Shown piece after piece: positions 12,800-23,420 of a stretch of DNA of 64,000 nucleotides. The notes under the pieces are model-generated. The model saw only the letters and a program-made list of their open reading frames with translations. It did no database searches and was not told the origin of the DNA. This DNA is from Podarcis cretensis (taxonomy: Eukaryota). The position numbers were made by a program, and so were the translations under genes. Each line of letters begins with the position of its first letter. Position 1 is the stretch's first letter. The stretch lies in assembly GCA_951804945.1 (NCBI GenBank), contig OX638151.1, positions 62,744,001-62,808,000 on the forward strand, read 5' to 3'.

Positions 12800-14086
12800 T
12801 TTATTTATATCCCGCCCTCCCCAGCCGAAGCCGGGCTCAGGGCGGCTAACAACAATCAAACAATCAAAAAATCAGATAATCGCACATTCTAAAAATATTT
12901 CATTATAAAAATCAATTAAAATCAAATTAATGGCAACTGATTAAGCAAGATTCTGTGCAGGTTGCCAGAGGAGGGAGTCAGGCTGCACCCTGACCAAAGG
13001 CCTGGTGGAACAACTCTGTCTTGCAGGCCTTGCGGAAGGATGTCAGGTCCCGCAGGGCCCTAGTCTCTTGTGACAGAGCGTTCCACCAGATTGGAGCCGC
13101 AGCCGAGAAGGCCCTGGCTCTAGTTGAGGCCAGCCTAACCTCTCTGAGGCCTGGGACCTTGAGGATGTTATTATTTGCAGACCGTAGGTTTCTCTGTGGG
13201 GCATACCAGGAGAGGCGGTCCCGTAGGTACGAGGGTCCTAGGCCGTATAGGGCTTTAAAGGTTAAAACCAGCACCTTAAACCTGATCCTGTACTCCACCG
13301 GGAGCCAGTGCAGCTGGTATAGTACCGGATGAATGTGATCTCGCAGCGAAGACCCCATAAGGAGTCTCGCCGCAGCATTCTGCACCCGCTGGAGTTTCTG
13401 GGTCAGTCTCAAGGGCAGCCCCACGTAGAGCGAGTTACAATAATCCAGTCTGGAGGTGACCGTCGCATGGATCACAGTGGCTAGGTCAGGGCGAGAGAGA
13501 TAAGGGGCCAACTGCTTAGCTTGGCGGAGATGAAAAAATGCCGCCTTTGTTATAGCTGTAATCTGCGCCTCCATAGAGAGGGAGGTATCGAAGATTACAC
13601 CCAAACTCTTAACGGACGGTGCTGGCACTAATTGCACCCCCGCAAGAGATGGGAGTTGCCCCCTCAATCCCATATCGTCCCGCCCCAGCCAGAGGACCTC
13701 TGTCTTCGAAGGATTTAACTTCAACCGGCTCCCACGTAACCATCCAGCCACAGCTTCCAGACATCTCGCCAGTGTGTCTGGGGCCGAGTCAGGATGGCCA
13801 TCCATCAACAGATAGAGTTGGGTGTCATCAGCATACTGATGGCAACCCAGCCCAAAACTCCGGACAAGCTGGGCGAGGGGGCGCATAAAGATGTTAAAAA
13901 GCATCGGGGAGAGAATCGCACCCTGAGGCACTCCACACACCAAGGAGTGGCGCGATGACAATTCCCCCCCGAGCGCCACCCTCTGTCCCCGACCAGAGAG
14001 AAACGAGCGCAGCCATTGAAGGACTGTGCCCTGGATCCCCACGTCGGCAAGGCAGTGGTCCAGGAGTTCGTGATCGACCATGTCGA
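12756..14086 (-). mobile_element. Young 5'-truncated L2-clade LINE
   Basis: Open RT frame, 3' UTR and (TTA)n tail at 12757-12796. CpG-rich. Truncated within the RT FDxVDH motif. Confidence 0.93.
12978..14081 (-). CDS. L2 ORF2 fragment: non-LTR reverse transcriptase and C-terminal domain (5'-truncated, 367 aa)
   Basis: Motifs GVPQGAILSPMLFNIFM, HQYADDTQLY, LKLNPSKTE, SRLDYCNSL, LQRVQNAAAR, LHWLPVEYRIRFK. No endonuclease domain, so not autonomous. Confidence 0.9.
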   Translation of the reverse strand: MVDHELLDHCLADVGIQGTVLQWLRSFLSGRGQRVALGGELSSRHSLVCGVPQGAILSPMLFNIFMRPLAQLVRSFGLGCHQYADDTQLYLLMDGHPDSAPDTLARCLEAVAGWLRGSRLKLNPSKTEVLWLGRDDMGLRGQLPSLAGVQLVPAPSVKSLGVIFDTSLSMEAQITAITKAAFFHLRQAKQLAPYLSRPDLATVIHATVTSRLDYCNSLYVGLPLRLTQKLQRVQNAAARLLMGSSLRDHIHPVLYQLHWLPVEYRIRFKVLVLTFKALYGLGPSYLRDRLSWYAPQRNLRSANNNILKVPGLREVRLASTRARAFSAAAPIWWNALSQETRALRDLTSFRKACKTELFHQAFGQGAA

Positions 14087-17000
14087 TAGCTCTCCAGGCC
14101 TACATAGATCTGTGTGAAGATACGTCACTCTCCTATTTCAGAGTCTTTATTACCACTAAAACCGACATATTATTTGTGGCTATATGCCATTCAGATTATA
14201 GTTATCCCATATATGCCCCACTAAATGCAAAGGTGCACCTCTCCACCTGCTGTCCTGACACCATCTCTGCCATTGTAGGTCATCCATGTAGAGACGGTAT
14301 GTTGGAATCGCATGTAAAATCTAATGTGTATAGACTAAATTCACAGCACTGTTTTCCATATTTATTCCATGATTTTCTTGACCATGCAGTTTTGGCCTAC
14401 ATAAGCTGAATTTTCTGTCCATGGGCTATACTGTAACATGCCACCTCTCTGTGGATGGCTGCAGACAACCGCAGTAGGGCTGACTCACCAATAGGGAGCA
14501 AAAGTACCCTCACACTCACAACCCCACAGACTGGGGGGTTAAGTATCATCCATTCCAACCCAGTGACAAAATGCTTTTCTTTAGAGCACTTCCAGAAAAG
14601 CCATTTCCAAGATGTATTTCCTGAAAGAAACTGGGAAATCTCTCTTTAAAAAATATAATGGGCCACAAACCTAGCAACATTTGGACAGAGTGATGCTTAG
14701 TACTGTGAAGATCAGTCTACCAAAGAGATCATTACTACACAGTATCCGCAATCTTCCTCTGGGGAAAGGATGCGAGAGGAAATGAGCCAGATGTGACAGA
14801 TGTTAGTCTCTTTGCTTAATGCACTGTTGGAAGATGCTCAGGTACAGCAATAATGGGGGAAGTCGAAATGCATGTCAAATAGAAAACCACTGTCCCACTT
14901 TAGTTGCATGCCAATATATGAACACTTAAATCAATAACATTATATATCAACATAAGAATGGAATCATGAACCAGATAAAATCAGCACTATGATGTGCTTA
15001 GCATCTTCAGTACTTTTCCTTTTCTCCTACGCTTCATGGCTTTATGCTACATACTATACACATGAAGTAAAAGTACCATGAGTTGAAGCTGAACTATTTT
15101 TCATGCTACCCAATCAGAAATAAGTCCCACTATTCTCAAGTAAGTATGGGCAGAATTCCAGGCTTGGGAGATAAATGCTAGGGGTGTGCATTGCCTCTGT
15201 GAGTGGGCTGAAGAACAAGTTGAATTTGGGTGGTTTGTGGGGAGGTCTCCCCTCCACACAATAGTGAAAGCACAATGTCAGCTTTTAAAAACCCAAGCTG
15301 ATTGGAGAGACACAAAATCTGTTGCTCTCTTTCTGTGCTTTAATGCGCCTTTACAGTTCTATATTTCCCTATATCGAACCGTCTTTAGGAACCAGGCAAA
15401 AGCATTTCTCTTTACCCAGGCTTCTATGGCCTGTGAAAGCTGAGAGGGACTGTTATTATAATTATTATTTTTATTATGCTTTAACAACAGAACAGCTGCA
15501 CAGAGCTCTTCAGAATTCCACAGACAGCCTCAGGTTGTAAGGTTTATCAGAGACCTGTAAACGCCTATTAAGAGGACTGTCCAGCCTATTGGATGACACA
15601 AATAGCCACCAGAAAGAAAGGTAGAGTTTTAAAAACCGTACAAACAAGAGTTTACACTACTTGGCCACCTCATAATTATCTGAAGGTACAAAAGAGACAA
15701 TATCTCTTCCATCCCCTCATACATGATTGTGGAGGAAAGTGAATTGCTTTTAACTACCTCCACAAAAAGCTCCTGAACCCATTTGTATACAATTTGGCAG
15801 ACTTAATCCAGTCCGGAGGAGCTCCACCGCCTGTAAATTTTATCCACTTTGGCACAAAGAAGAAAAGTTATAGGCATTTTTAGACTCCACATTATAGAGA
15901 ATGGGGGAACACAGAACTTCATTTTATACAGAGCACCCCAGGAGAAGGATTACAGACAGCAGCAGATAATACACACCTCTAATCCTATGGTCTCCATTCC
16001 CCTCAGGGAGCTACAATTCCGCTCTGAGATTTATATCTCTGTGATGGATTAGGGGCCTCTGAACAATTCTCAGCCCCCTTTACAGTTTCCATGATACGTT
16101 GTTAGAAGCCATAACTGTTTAAAGTGGTATGAAACTACATTAAATGTGTAGTGTGGATGTGGCCATGGTTAAGGAAAAATGGAAAAACCAGATGAGAAGA
16201 GGAATGACATGAACATCCCGGAGAAAGACATAGGTGGCTGACTGGAATGGGACAAGTAACATTTTGTTGCGGGTCCCACCTGTACATCTTAGTTTGAATC
16301 ACTGACGTGGCAGTTGTTAAAACGTTTACCGTATTTGGCTTTTTACCTGAAGGATTCAACTCTTGATTTGGAAGGGGCACAGAAAAAAAGAGGTTCTCTG
16401 CCCAGTCTCTTTGCCATCATGTTAGTTCCTCCAATCAGTATTTTCTGCTTACAAAGACAACTATGCTAGAGGTCTATATGAAGAAAGGCTTTGCTTGCAC
16501 AAGCAATCATCCATCAAGTTGTAAAGATACGTTTCTCAGTTCTCACATAGGTATCCTTAAGTAAAAGTCCAACTTGAATAACTTCAATCTCCGGTTTCAT
16601 CGACTGAATCTAAACTCTGGATGCTGTTTGTTTTCTGCAGGAAAAAATAGCTTTTAAAAATATATTTCATTCCCATTTCCTGTTTTTTCTAACAGGTCAG
16701 GCCCCCTACATTTGATGCCTATCAAGGCCAAAGGGCTTCATTCATCAAACCCTTTGCATTTTTCAAAACATGGACTTAGTTATTTGAAGAGTCCTTTTCT
16801 CTAGTGAACATTTAAAACCATTTAACCTTCCTAGTGTTAAAACTAGTTCCCAAACAGCAGGCTGTTGGGTTAAAAAAAAACAAAAAACTTTAGTGCTGTT
16901 TGCATACTTCTTCAGTATGGTATGATTTTATCTTTTCATCGCCATTCCAAGAAATCACCTTGTTCTGGCTAGATGCAAATTATTTGTCTGGAGCAATAGA

Positions 17001-17441
17001 TAACCTTCTTCCTTGGCACCACTCAGATGTGGTTATTCATTGCTTGATAACAGTACAAATGTATTGGGGACGTAGTGGCCTGCTATGGGTTGGATGAAGC
17101 CTCTTCACTCTGTTTTCTGAACAACAGCTGTCCCTTTTGGCCCCAATGAATCCAGTATTGTAAAAGCAGACAAACAGCTCTGAGGTTGCTCAGAACAACT
17201 ATTTTGGCTCCCTCATCTATGGCAATACTTTTGGATTGATAATGAGTGTTTCAGAGGATGAGAGACTGACAGAAATTTCTCCAGGAGCAGCATCTCTTAA
17301 ATCCAAATGGATTGCAGAAGAATGTATGGAACAGAAGAGAGTGTGGCTTTGAGATTTTGGGTTAAAAAAAATTGTTTGACATTTTGATTGGTAGGGTTCA
17401 GCCCTGATTGCCCTAATGGCCACAATAAAAATAAACACAAC

Positions 17442-18264
17442 TGTCAGAGCTGCCCAAGGTCCCAGCTCACAAAGGACCAACGCCAGTTCTTGCTATATAC
17501 AAAAGTCTTTATTAAGGTTCAGTTTCCATTTCAAAGCCGTGGCGTGCAGCTCTACGTCTCAACCCTAGACCGCTGAAGCTCCATCTGAATCTCCTCCCCC
17601 TCGACACCAGTTCAAGACCCTAGCCTTGCTCCACCTCCTCCTTTGCTCCTTTCTCCTCTGGGTCCTCCTGCCCGCTGGGGTGTCGCCCTTTCTGGACTCT
17701 TCTGATGCCGATTCCCCAGATTCTTCCCCCTGCTTCCGGCGTGCTTTAGGACCTGGCTCCCAATCCGACCTCCCTGCTGTCCCGCGCACCTGTACATTTG
17801 AACTTGGCGCGCGCGCCCAGCCGGCAACTTTCCTCCTGACCGTTACACTGCTCCTGTCACTGCTTCCCCCTTCGGGGGGGTTGGCTGGGTCTGACTTCCC
17901 CTCCGTTCCCTCACTCAGCGATAGGGGCGTGGTCAGCCCTGCCTCATCTTCTCTCCCCACTGGAGGGGAAGCCGGCCCTGACGCATGGGACTCTTCCCCC
18001 CCGCTACGCCCTGGTGGGGAAGCTGGTCCCGATCTCCAGCTGCTGCTTTGGGAGTCGCCGCTGGCCCCTTGCTTCTGGTGCGTCCTTCCCGGGACCCCCC
18101 TTGCCCTGGCCATCGGTGCCCCCTTCTGGGAATCTTCCGAATCGCTGGAGAAGCTCATGGAATCTCTCGGCCCACTGTCATACTCCCCTACGCTGCCCTC
18201 GGATTGTTCCCCTTCGCTCTCCGCTCTCTCTCTCCCCTGTGCCTCTGCTCCTGAACCCCTGACA
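17442..18264 (-). mobile_element. Solo LTR (probably Gypsy/Ty3-type), copy 1, 823 bp
   Basis: TGTCAG...CTGACA termini. 5-bp TSD ACAAC at 17437-17441 and 18265-18269. Minus-strand AATAAA at 17508-17513. Second copy at 41873-42698. Confidence 0.88.
17565..18263 (-). CDS. LTR-internal ORF: 232 codons, S/G/E/R-rich with a basic C-terminus, function unknown
   Basis: Frame is open from LTR nt 2 to TAG at 17565. About 75% aa identity by hand count, and equal length, to 41999-42697. Confidence 0.55.
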   Translation of the reverse strand, partial: VRGSGAEAQGRERAESEGEQSEGSVGEYDSGPRDSMSFSSDSEDSQKGAPMARARGVPGRTHQKQGASGDSQSSSWRSGPASPPGRSGGEESHASGPASPPVGREDEAGLTTPLSLSEGTEGKSDPANPPEGGSSDRSSVTVRRKVAGWARAPSSNVQVRGTAGRSDWEPGPKARRKQGEESGESASEESRKGDTPAGRRTQRRKEQRRRWSKARVLNWCRGGGDSDGASAV

Positions 18265-18289
18265 ACAACACAAAAAGGCAAAATAAGAC

Positions 18290-18291
<2 letters not shown>

Positions 18292-18331
<40 letters not shown>
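18292..18331. repeat. (AG)n microsatellite
   Basis: Direct run. Confidence 0.95.
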
Positions 18332-18334
<3 letters not shown>

Positions 18335-18588
18335 CAAAAATTTAATATTCTTTTTAATTATTAACAAACACTTTCCCACCTTGCTTTCATGCAAATGGCA
18401 ACATCTATATAAGTTCACAAGAAAACAAGTCTTCTACCAAATCACATCTCTTATGTTGTTTAAATCAGCACCTCTAAGCTAAATGAATGTGTCACAGTTC
18501 GGTCCGATGCACATAAAAACAAGTTGGGAAACTTATCAAATGCCAAAAAATTAATAACTATGACATCCAATGGAAGGCGGGAGGCGGG

Positions 18589-19559
18589 GACTTCATTTGC
18601 AAACAGGTCATTGAGATATCACATTTGAGATGCCAAAATCCACAACTCTTTTGAGCTCAAAGCCCCAGGCTAAACAGCCCTCCTGGCCGTCCAACTATAA
18701 TTGGTCCTGAAAGCATATGCTTCCAGGGAATTTATTCCTTGGCGCAACCTTTTTCAGACCTAAGTGAGTAATTCCAGGGTTCTAAAGCCATTCTTTCAAC
18801 TATGGGGGGGTAGGGTGGGGTAGGATGAGTGAGAGTGTGCATGAGCATAGTCTTCATGCTCCTGCGAGAGGGAGGATGCAACAATCGAAGTGTTCCTGGT
18901 CCAGGGTTATAAAGCCATTCTTTAGAACTGTATGCATGCATGCGCATTCATGCTCCTGTGCGATGGAACAGGCATCGGTTGAAGCACAGCCAGTCACATT
19001 CTTTAAGGTTTGGCTTTTCCAGAATGCAGCTCTAAAGCACCAGGAAAAACTTTTAAATGATTTTGACCAGAGAGCACAGCAAGACATAGAAAGATTAACA
19101 GGCAGCATGCTAACTGGACTTACGCAATCCGTTCCAAAACAGTGGAAGCAAAAGAATGGGAAAGTGACTTCTTCCTGTGGGAAACAGGAATCATTTCACA
19201 ATTCCTACTAATTGAAAGCCACCTTAAAAAATGAATATCTTTCAGAAGCATTGAACACTACTTCCCAGAGAGGGGAATTTTTTTAAAAGAAGAATTAAAG
19301 CTAGTGAACTCTAGTAGGTCTTTCTGGGTTTCATTGTGTGAAATGATTTCATATCACCAGGAGCCAGATTATATGTGAGCCTCAGTTACATTTGGCTGAT
19401 CCTCAGCTTTATTTCGTTTTGTTTTACAAAATGCAGTCTTGGTTCTGCTTTTCCATTTAAATCAGCCCTCCCCAAGCTGTTCTTTGTCCCCCAAAGATAT
19501 GGGGATGGGAAGCCTTCAGACAGAGACTTCATTTGCAAACAGGTCATTGAGATATCACA
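18589..19559 (+). repeat. 35-bp exact direct repeat pair (18589-18623 and 19525-19559)
   Basis: GACTTCATTTGCAAACAGGTCATTGAGATATCACA occurs twice. Confidence 0.9.
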
Positions 19560-19986
19560 AATGCGTCATTGGCAGCAGGTTTGTTTTCCTTATTGGGCTT
19601 TCCCTGGAATGGGTGAATTCAGATTAAATTGTGGGCTGGCATTTTGATGTGGATGTGGATGCTTCAAAATAAACCCTCAATGGATGAGGAGTACTGATCC
19701 CACAATAAACACCTGACTGAAAGCACTTGTTGGCCAGCAAGGAACTGCCAGAACCATTTTTAGTGGGAAGACAGCATTAAGGGGAAAGAACTCCTGGCCT
19801 CTTTCCACTCTGCAGCTGGACTTTACAAAACAAAAAGGTCAGGGATGAACTATGTGCAACAAAGTGTCACATATACTTTGGTCTTAAACATTACCAATGT
19901 ATTACAAAATATGAAAGATGTAACCTGCCTCTTAGGATCCATATTTCCTAAACATTACCAATGCATTACAGTGGTACCTTGGTTCT

Positions 19987-20269
19987 TGAAATATACTCGG
20001 AGTCAAGTGTGGATTTCATGCTCTTTATTCAGCTCAGAGTAATGAGGAATGGAATATCTGCATTATATACATTATTTACACAATGGGCCGCACATGATTG
20101 GCTAATTCTGGGATTCTCCTGTAGGCCAATCAGGTTGCCAATTCACTTCCACCCAGAGTTGGATTGGATGGCTCCTGCGGACCAATCAGACTGCTGCATT
20201 CTGAATCCTATTGTTCTAGGACCAATCAGACTGCTGCACTTTCGATCCTATTCAGCTCAGTACATAGCA
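19987..20269 (-). mobile_element. Short solo LTR (~283 bp) nested near the left end of the MITE
   Basis: Minus strand TGCTATGTA...TATATTTCA with AATAAA near the 3' end and repeated CCAAT boxes. TSD GTTC(T/C) at 19982-19986 and 20270-20274. Confidence 0.7.
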
Positions 20270-20758
20270 GTTCCAAAACCTAATCCGTTCCAGAAGTCCG
20301 TTCCAAAACCAAAGCGTTCCAAAACTAAGGTGCGCTTCCCCATAGAAAGTAATGCAAAATGGATTAATCCATTCCAGACTTTTAAAAACAACCCCTGAAA
20401 CAGCAATTTAACATGAAATTTACTATCTAACAAGACCATTGATCCATAAAACGAAAGCAATAATCAATGTACTGTACTATAAAATAAATAAGACAGCATT
20501 GTAGATGATTAAAGTTTTTTTAAAAAAAACCTTACCTACACTGATGATAGTCATTGTTTGGATGGGGGGGGGGCTTTTAACCATTTCCTCAGCCATACAA
20601 TCAATCAATCAGTAGCTTAACTGGCTTCCACACAGACACAAAAACAAATTAACCGAAAAAGCCTCAAAAACAAAACCACAAAATAAATAGCAAAAACAAA
20701 AGCGCCAAACTTAATCCATTCCGGAAGTCCATTTGACTTCCAAAATCTTCGAAAACCA

Positions 20759-21208
20759 GGCTGGCAGTAGACAATGGATGAACTTTGGGGATTGGAACCG
20801 GGGAATGGGGGGGGGGAGATTTGGAATCCAAAGGCTGTAAAATTATATATTATTTCTTTCTTTTCTTTTTTCATGTTTGTTGTTTGAAAATAGGGGAATT
20901 CGTGGAAGGGAAATGGGGTCGATCTTAGGGAATTATATAAAATATAAGGAGAAATGGTTCATTAAGATAAATAAGATAAATTAATTTGGAATAAATGGGT
21001 TATTTAAAATTACAAATAAGGTTTTAAAATTTGGGGTAAGAATCTGTGGAATCAATTTAAGGGAAATGGAATACAAGAGGGGGAGGGGGGGGAGTCCGGG
21101 AAAGATGCCACTGAAACCAAGTGTAAATCATATTTGTTTTTTCTTTTTTTCTTGCTATCTTTCCTTTTTATTCTGGAAAATTTTTAATAAATATTATTAA
21201 AAAAAAAA
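20759..21208 (+). mobile_element. 5'-truncated non-autonomous retroposon, probably L1-mobilised (element D; 3' part of the 60408-62036 family)
   Basis: Near-identical to ~61584-62036. AATAAA and poly(A). 17-bp TSD AAAATCTTCGAAAACCA at 20742-20758 and 21209-21225. Confidence 0.9.
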
Positions 21209-22380
21209 AAAATCTTCGAAAACCAAGGCTCAGCTTCAGGAGCCCCAGAAACAATAGCCGACAACTGCATTGAACGTTCAGCTTATTTCCAAGTTTTCAG
21301 CATTTGGGAACCAAGGTGTTTGAGAACCAAGGTAGCACTGTACAAAATATGAAAGATGTAACCTGCCTCTTAGGATCCATATTTTCTTACTCCTGTGTGT
21401 TGGTTGCGGACTGTTGCTGTTTTCTTCCATTCTGTGCCATCTCTATAAAATGACTTGAGATATGGTTTCAGATAACATTTATGTGAGGCAACCCATTCAC
21501 TCCACGTACCAAACAGTATTGTAAGACGGGTCAATGAAACATCACTCGCTGGTGATTTCTGAATAAATCAGCAGAAGATGAGAGAATTGTTTTAGCTCCC
21601 TGTGATTTCGCTCTTATCCATCTTTTTATATAATGAAGTTATATTTTATCCATCACTGTCATATTGGAAGGCAACCGCATCTTCTTTTGGGATTTGGCAT
21701 CCTCAGCCTACTACAAATTATATGCTTCCCAGCGAAAAGATCAATAATCAGCAAGGCATCCATTGAATCCTTAGAGGCAAAATGATCTAAAAGATAGAAA
21801 ACCGACATGCAGATTCTTATGGCAAGCACTCTGATCCCTGCTGTGCCAGTTTCACTCCATCGCCAGGACCAATTAAGTTGTCTGGTACTTTGCAGTAACA
21901 TACAAGTGGACAGTTGTAGATTTCTCTCATGACATCTTACCCACAACAATGAGGGTTAGAATCTTTCTTTTTTCCTTTTAAACGGAAGGCAAAATTTTAA
22001 GGGTTCGAAAAAGAGCTCACAGATGACAGAATATCTTTGGAACATAGAGGTTGCTCTGCCCTCCCTACTGTAAAAGGGGCAAATATAGCTGAGTCACTCT
22101 CCTATTATCTTAAAATAGAGGCACAAAAACTGGAAATACTACAAAAAGGGAACAAGCATGGACTGTCATCAATATGCGGAAAGGCAAGGAGAGGATATGA
22201 TTGACTGGACTGGAAAGAATGACAAGGGAGCAGTTGTGTATTCTCTCAAATGGTACTGGAAACTAGAGAGCATTCAATGAAATCAACACAGAGCACATTT
22301 AAAGCAAAAGAGCCCGTTCCATCACCGATCTGCCTCAGTATCGGCCGGCGAGCTGCATTTGCAACCTGTCTACCAAACAG

Positions 22381-22730
22381 GGGACCCGGGTGGCGCTGTG
22401 GGTTAAACCACAGAGCCTAGGACTTGCCAATCAGAAGGTCAGCGGTTCGAATCCCCACAACGAGGTGAGCTCCCGTTGCTTGGTCCCTGCTCCTGCCAAC
22501 CTAGCAGTTTGAAAGCATGTCAAAGTGCAAGTAGATAAATAGGTACCGCTCCGGTGGGAAGGTAAACGGTGTTTCCGTGTGCTGCTCTGGTTCGCCAGAA
22601 GCGGCTTAGTCATGCTGGCCACATGACCCAGAAGCTGTACACCGGCTCCCTCGGCCAATAAAGCGAGATGAGCGCCGCAACCCCAGAGTCGGCCATGACT
22701 GGACCTAATGGTCAGGGGTCCCTTTACCTG
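22381..22730 (+). mobile_element. Sauria SINE (Squam1)
   Basis: A box GGTGGCGCTGTGG, B box GGTTCGAATCC, body AAGTAGATAAATAGG, CCTTTACCT tail. TSD CCAAACAG at 22373-22380 and 22731-22738. Confidence 0.92.
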
Positions 22731-23046
22731 CCAAACAGAAACAACACGCCCACTAACAATGCACTATTGCTACATTCAAAGTGGAGGGAGGGCTGGCTTT
22801 CATGCCCTATTTAAGGGCAGCCTGCCTTGCCTTTTGCCTCTTTGCCAGTGGCTGTACCTACCTGTCCACTCTGTCTTCCAGTGTGACTTGTCACTACTAG
22901 AGGGTTTAGTAGGAATTTCCCCCAATCCACAACTGGGATCATGGATTGGTTTTTCACCTATTTTACACTGAATAGTGGCAGGCAGGGGAGCTAGGTGGCC
23001 TGTCATACTGTTTAATGGGTTAATCTGGTCTAATATGATAACTTTA

Positions 23047-23420
23047 GGGGGATGCAGGTGGCGCTGTGGGTTAAAGCCTCAGCGCCTAGGGCTTGCCGAT
23101 CGAAAGGTCGGCGGTTCGAATCCCTGCGGCGGGGTGCGCTCCCGCTGCTCGGTCCCAGCGCCTGCCAACCTAGCAGTTTGAAAGCACCTCCGGGTGCAAG
23201 TAGATAAATAGGGACCGCTTACCAGCGGGAAGGTAAACGGCGTTTCCGTGTGCAGCTCTGGCTCTGGCTCTGGCCAGAGCAGCGATGTCACGCTGGCCAC
23301 GTGACCCGGAAGTGTCTCCGGACAGCGCTGGCCCCTGACCTCTTAAGTGAGATGGGCGCACAACCCCAGAGTCTGTCAAGACTGGCCCGTACGGGCAGGG
23401 GTACCTTTACCTTTACCTTT
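23047..23420 (+). mobile_element. Sauria SINE (Squam1), different subfamily
   Basis: A and B boxes, (ACCTTT)3 tail. TSD ATGATAACTTT at 23035-23045 and 23421-23431. Confidence 0.93.

Larger units (their letters stand above)
19969..21340. mobile_element. Tigger/mariner-like non-autonomous DNA transposon with two nested insertions
   Basis: TA TSD; TIRs CAGTGGTACCTTGGTTCT / AGAACCAAGGTAGCACTG. Confidence 0.88.
19885..21384 (+). repeat. ~64-bp tandem duplication whose second unit is split by a MITE
   Basis: TAAACATTACCAATGYATTACAAAATATGAAAGATGTAACCTGCCTCTTAGGATCCATATTT at 19885-19946, and again as 19949-19968 plus 21341-21384. Confidence 0.85.

Noticed and set aside
17626-18345. 239-aa plus-strand ORF antisense to the LTR ORF
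   Set aside because: Interrupted by a stop in the second LTR copy and runs into flanking microsatellite; likely a shadow frame.
21659-21786. Possible terminal exon ending in CaaX-like CLPI
   Set aside because: No upstream coding exons or recognisable homology; easily chance.
22381-23130. tRNA genes
   Set aside because: The A/B boxes are SINE heads followed by SINE bodies, tails and TSDs.
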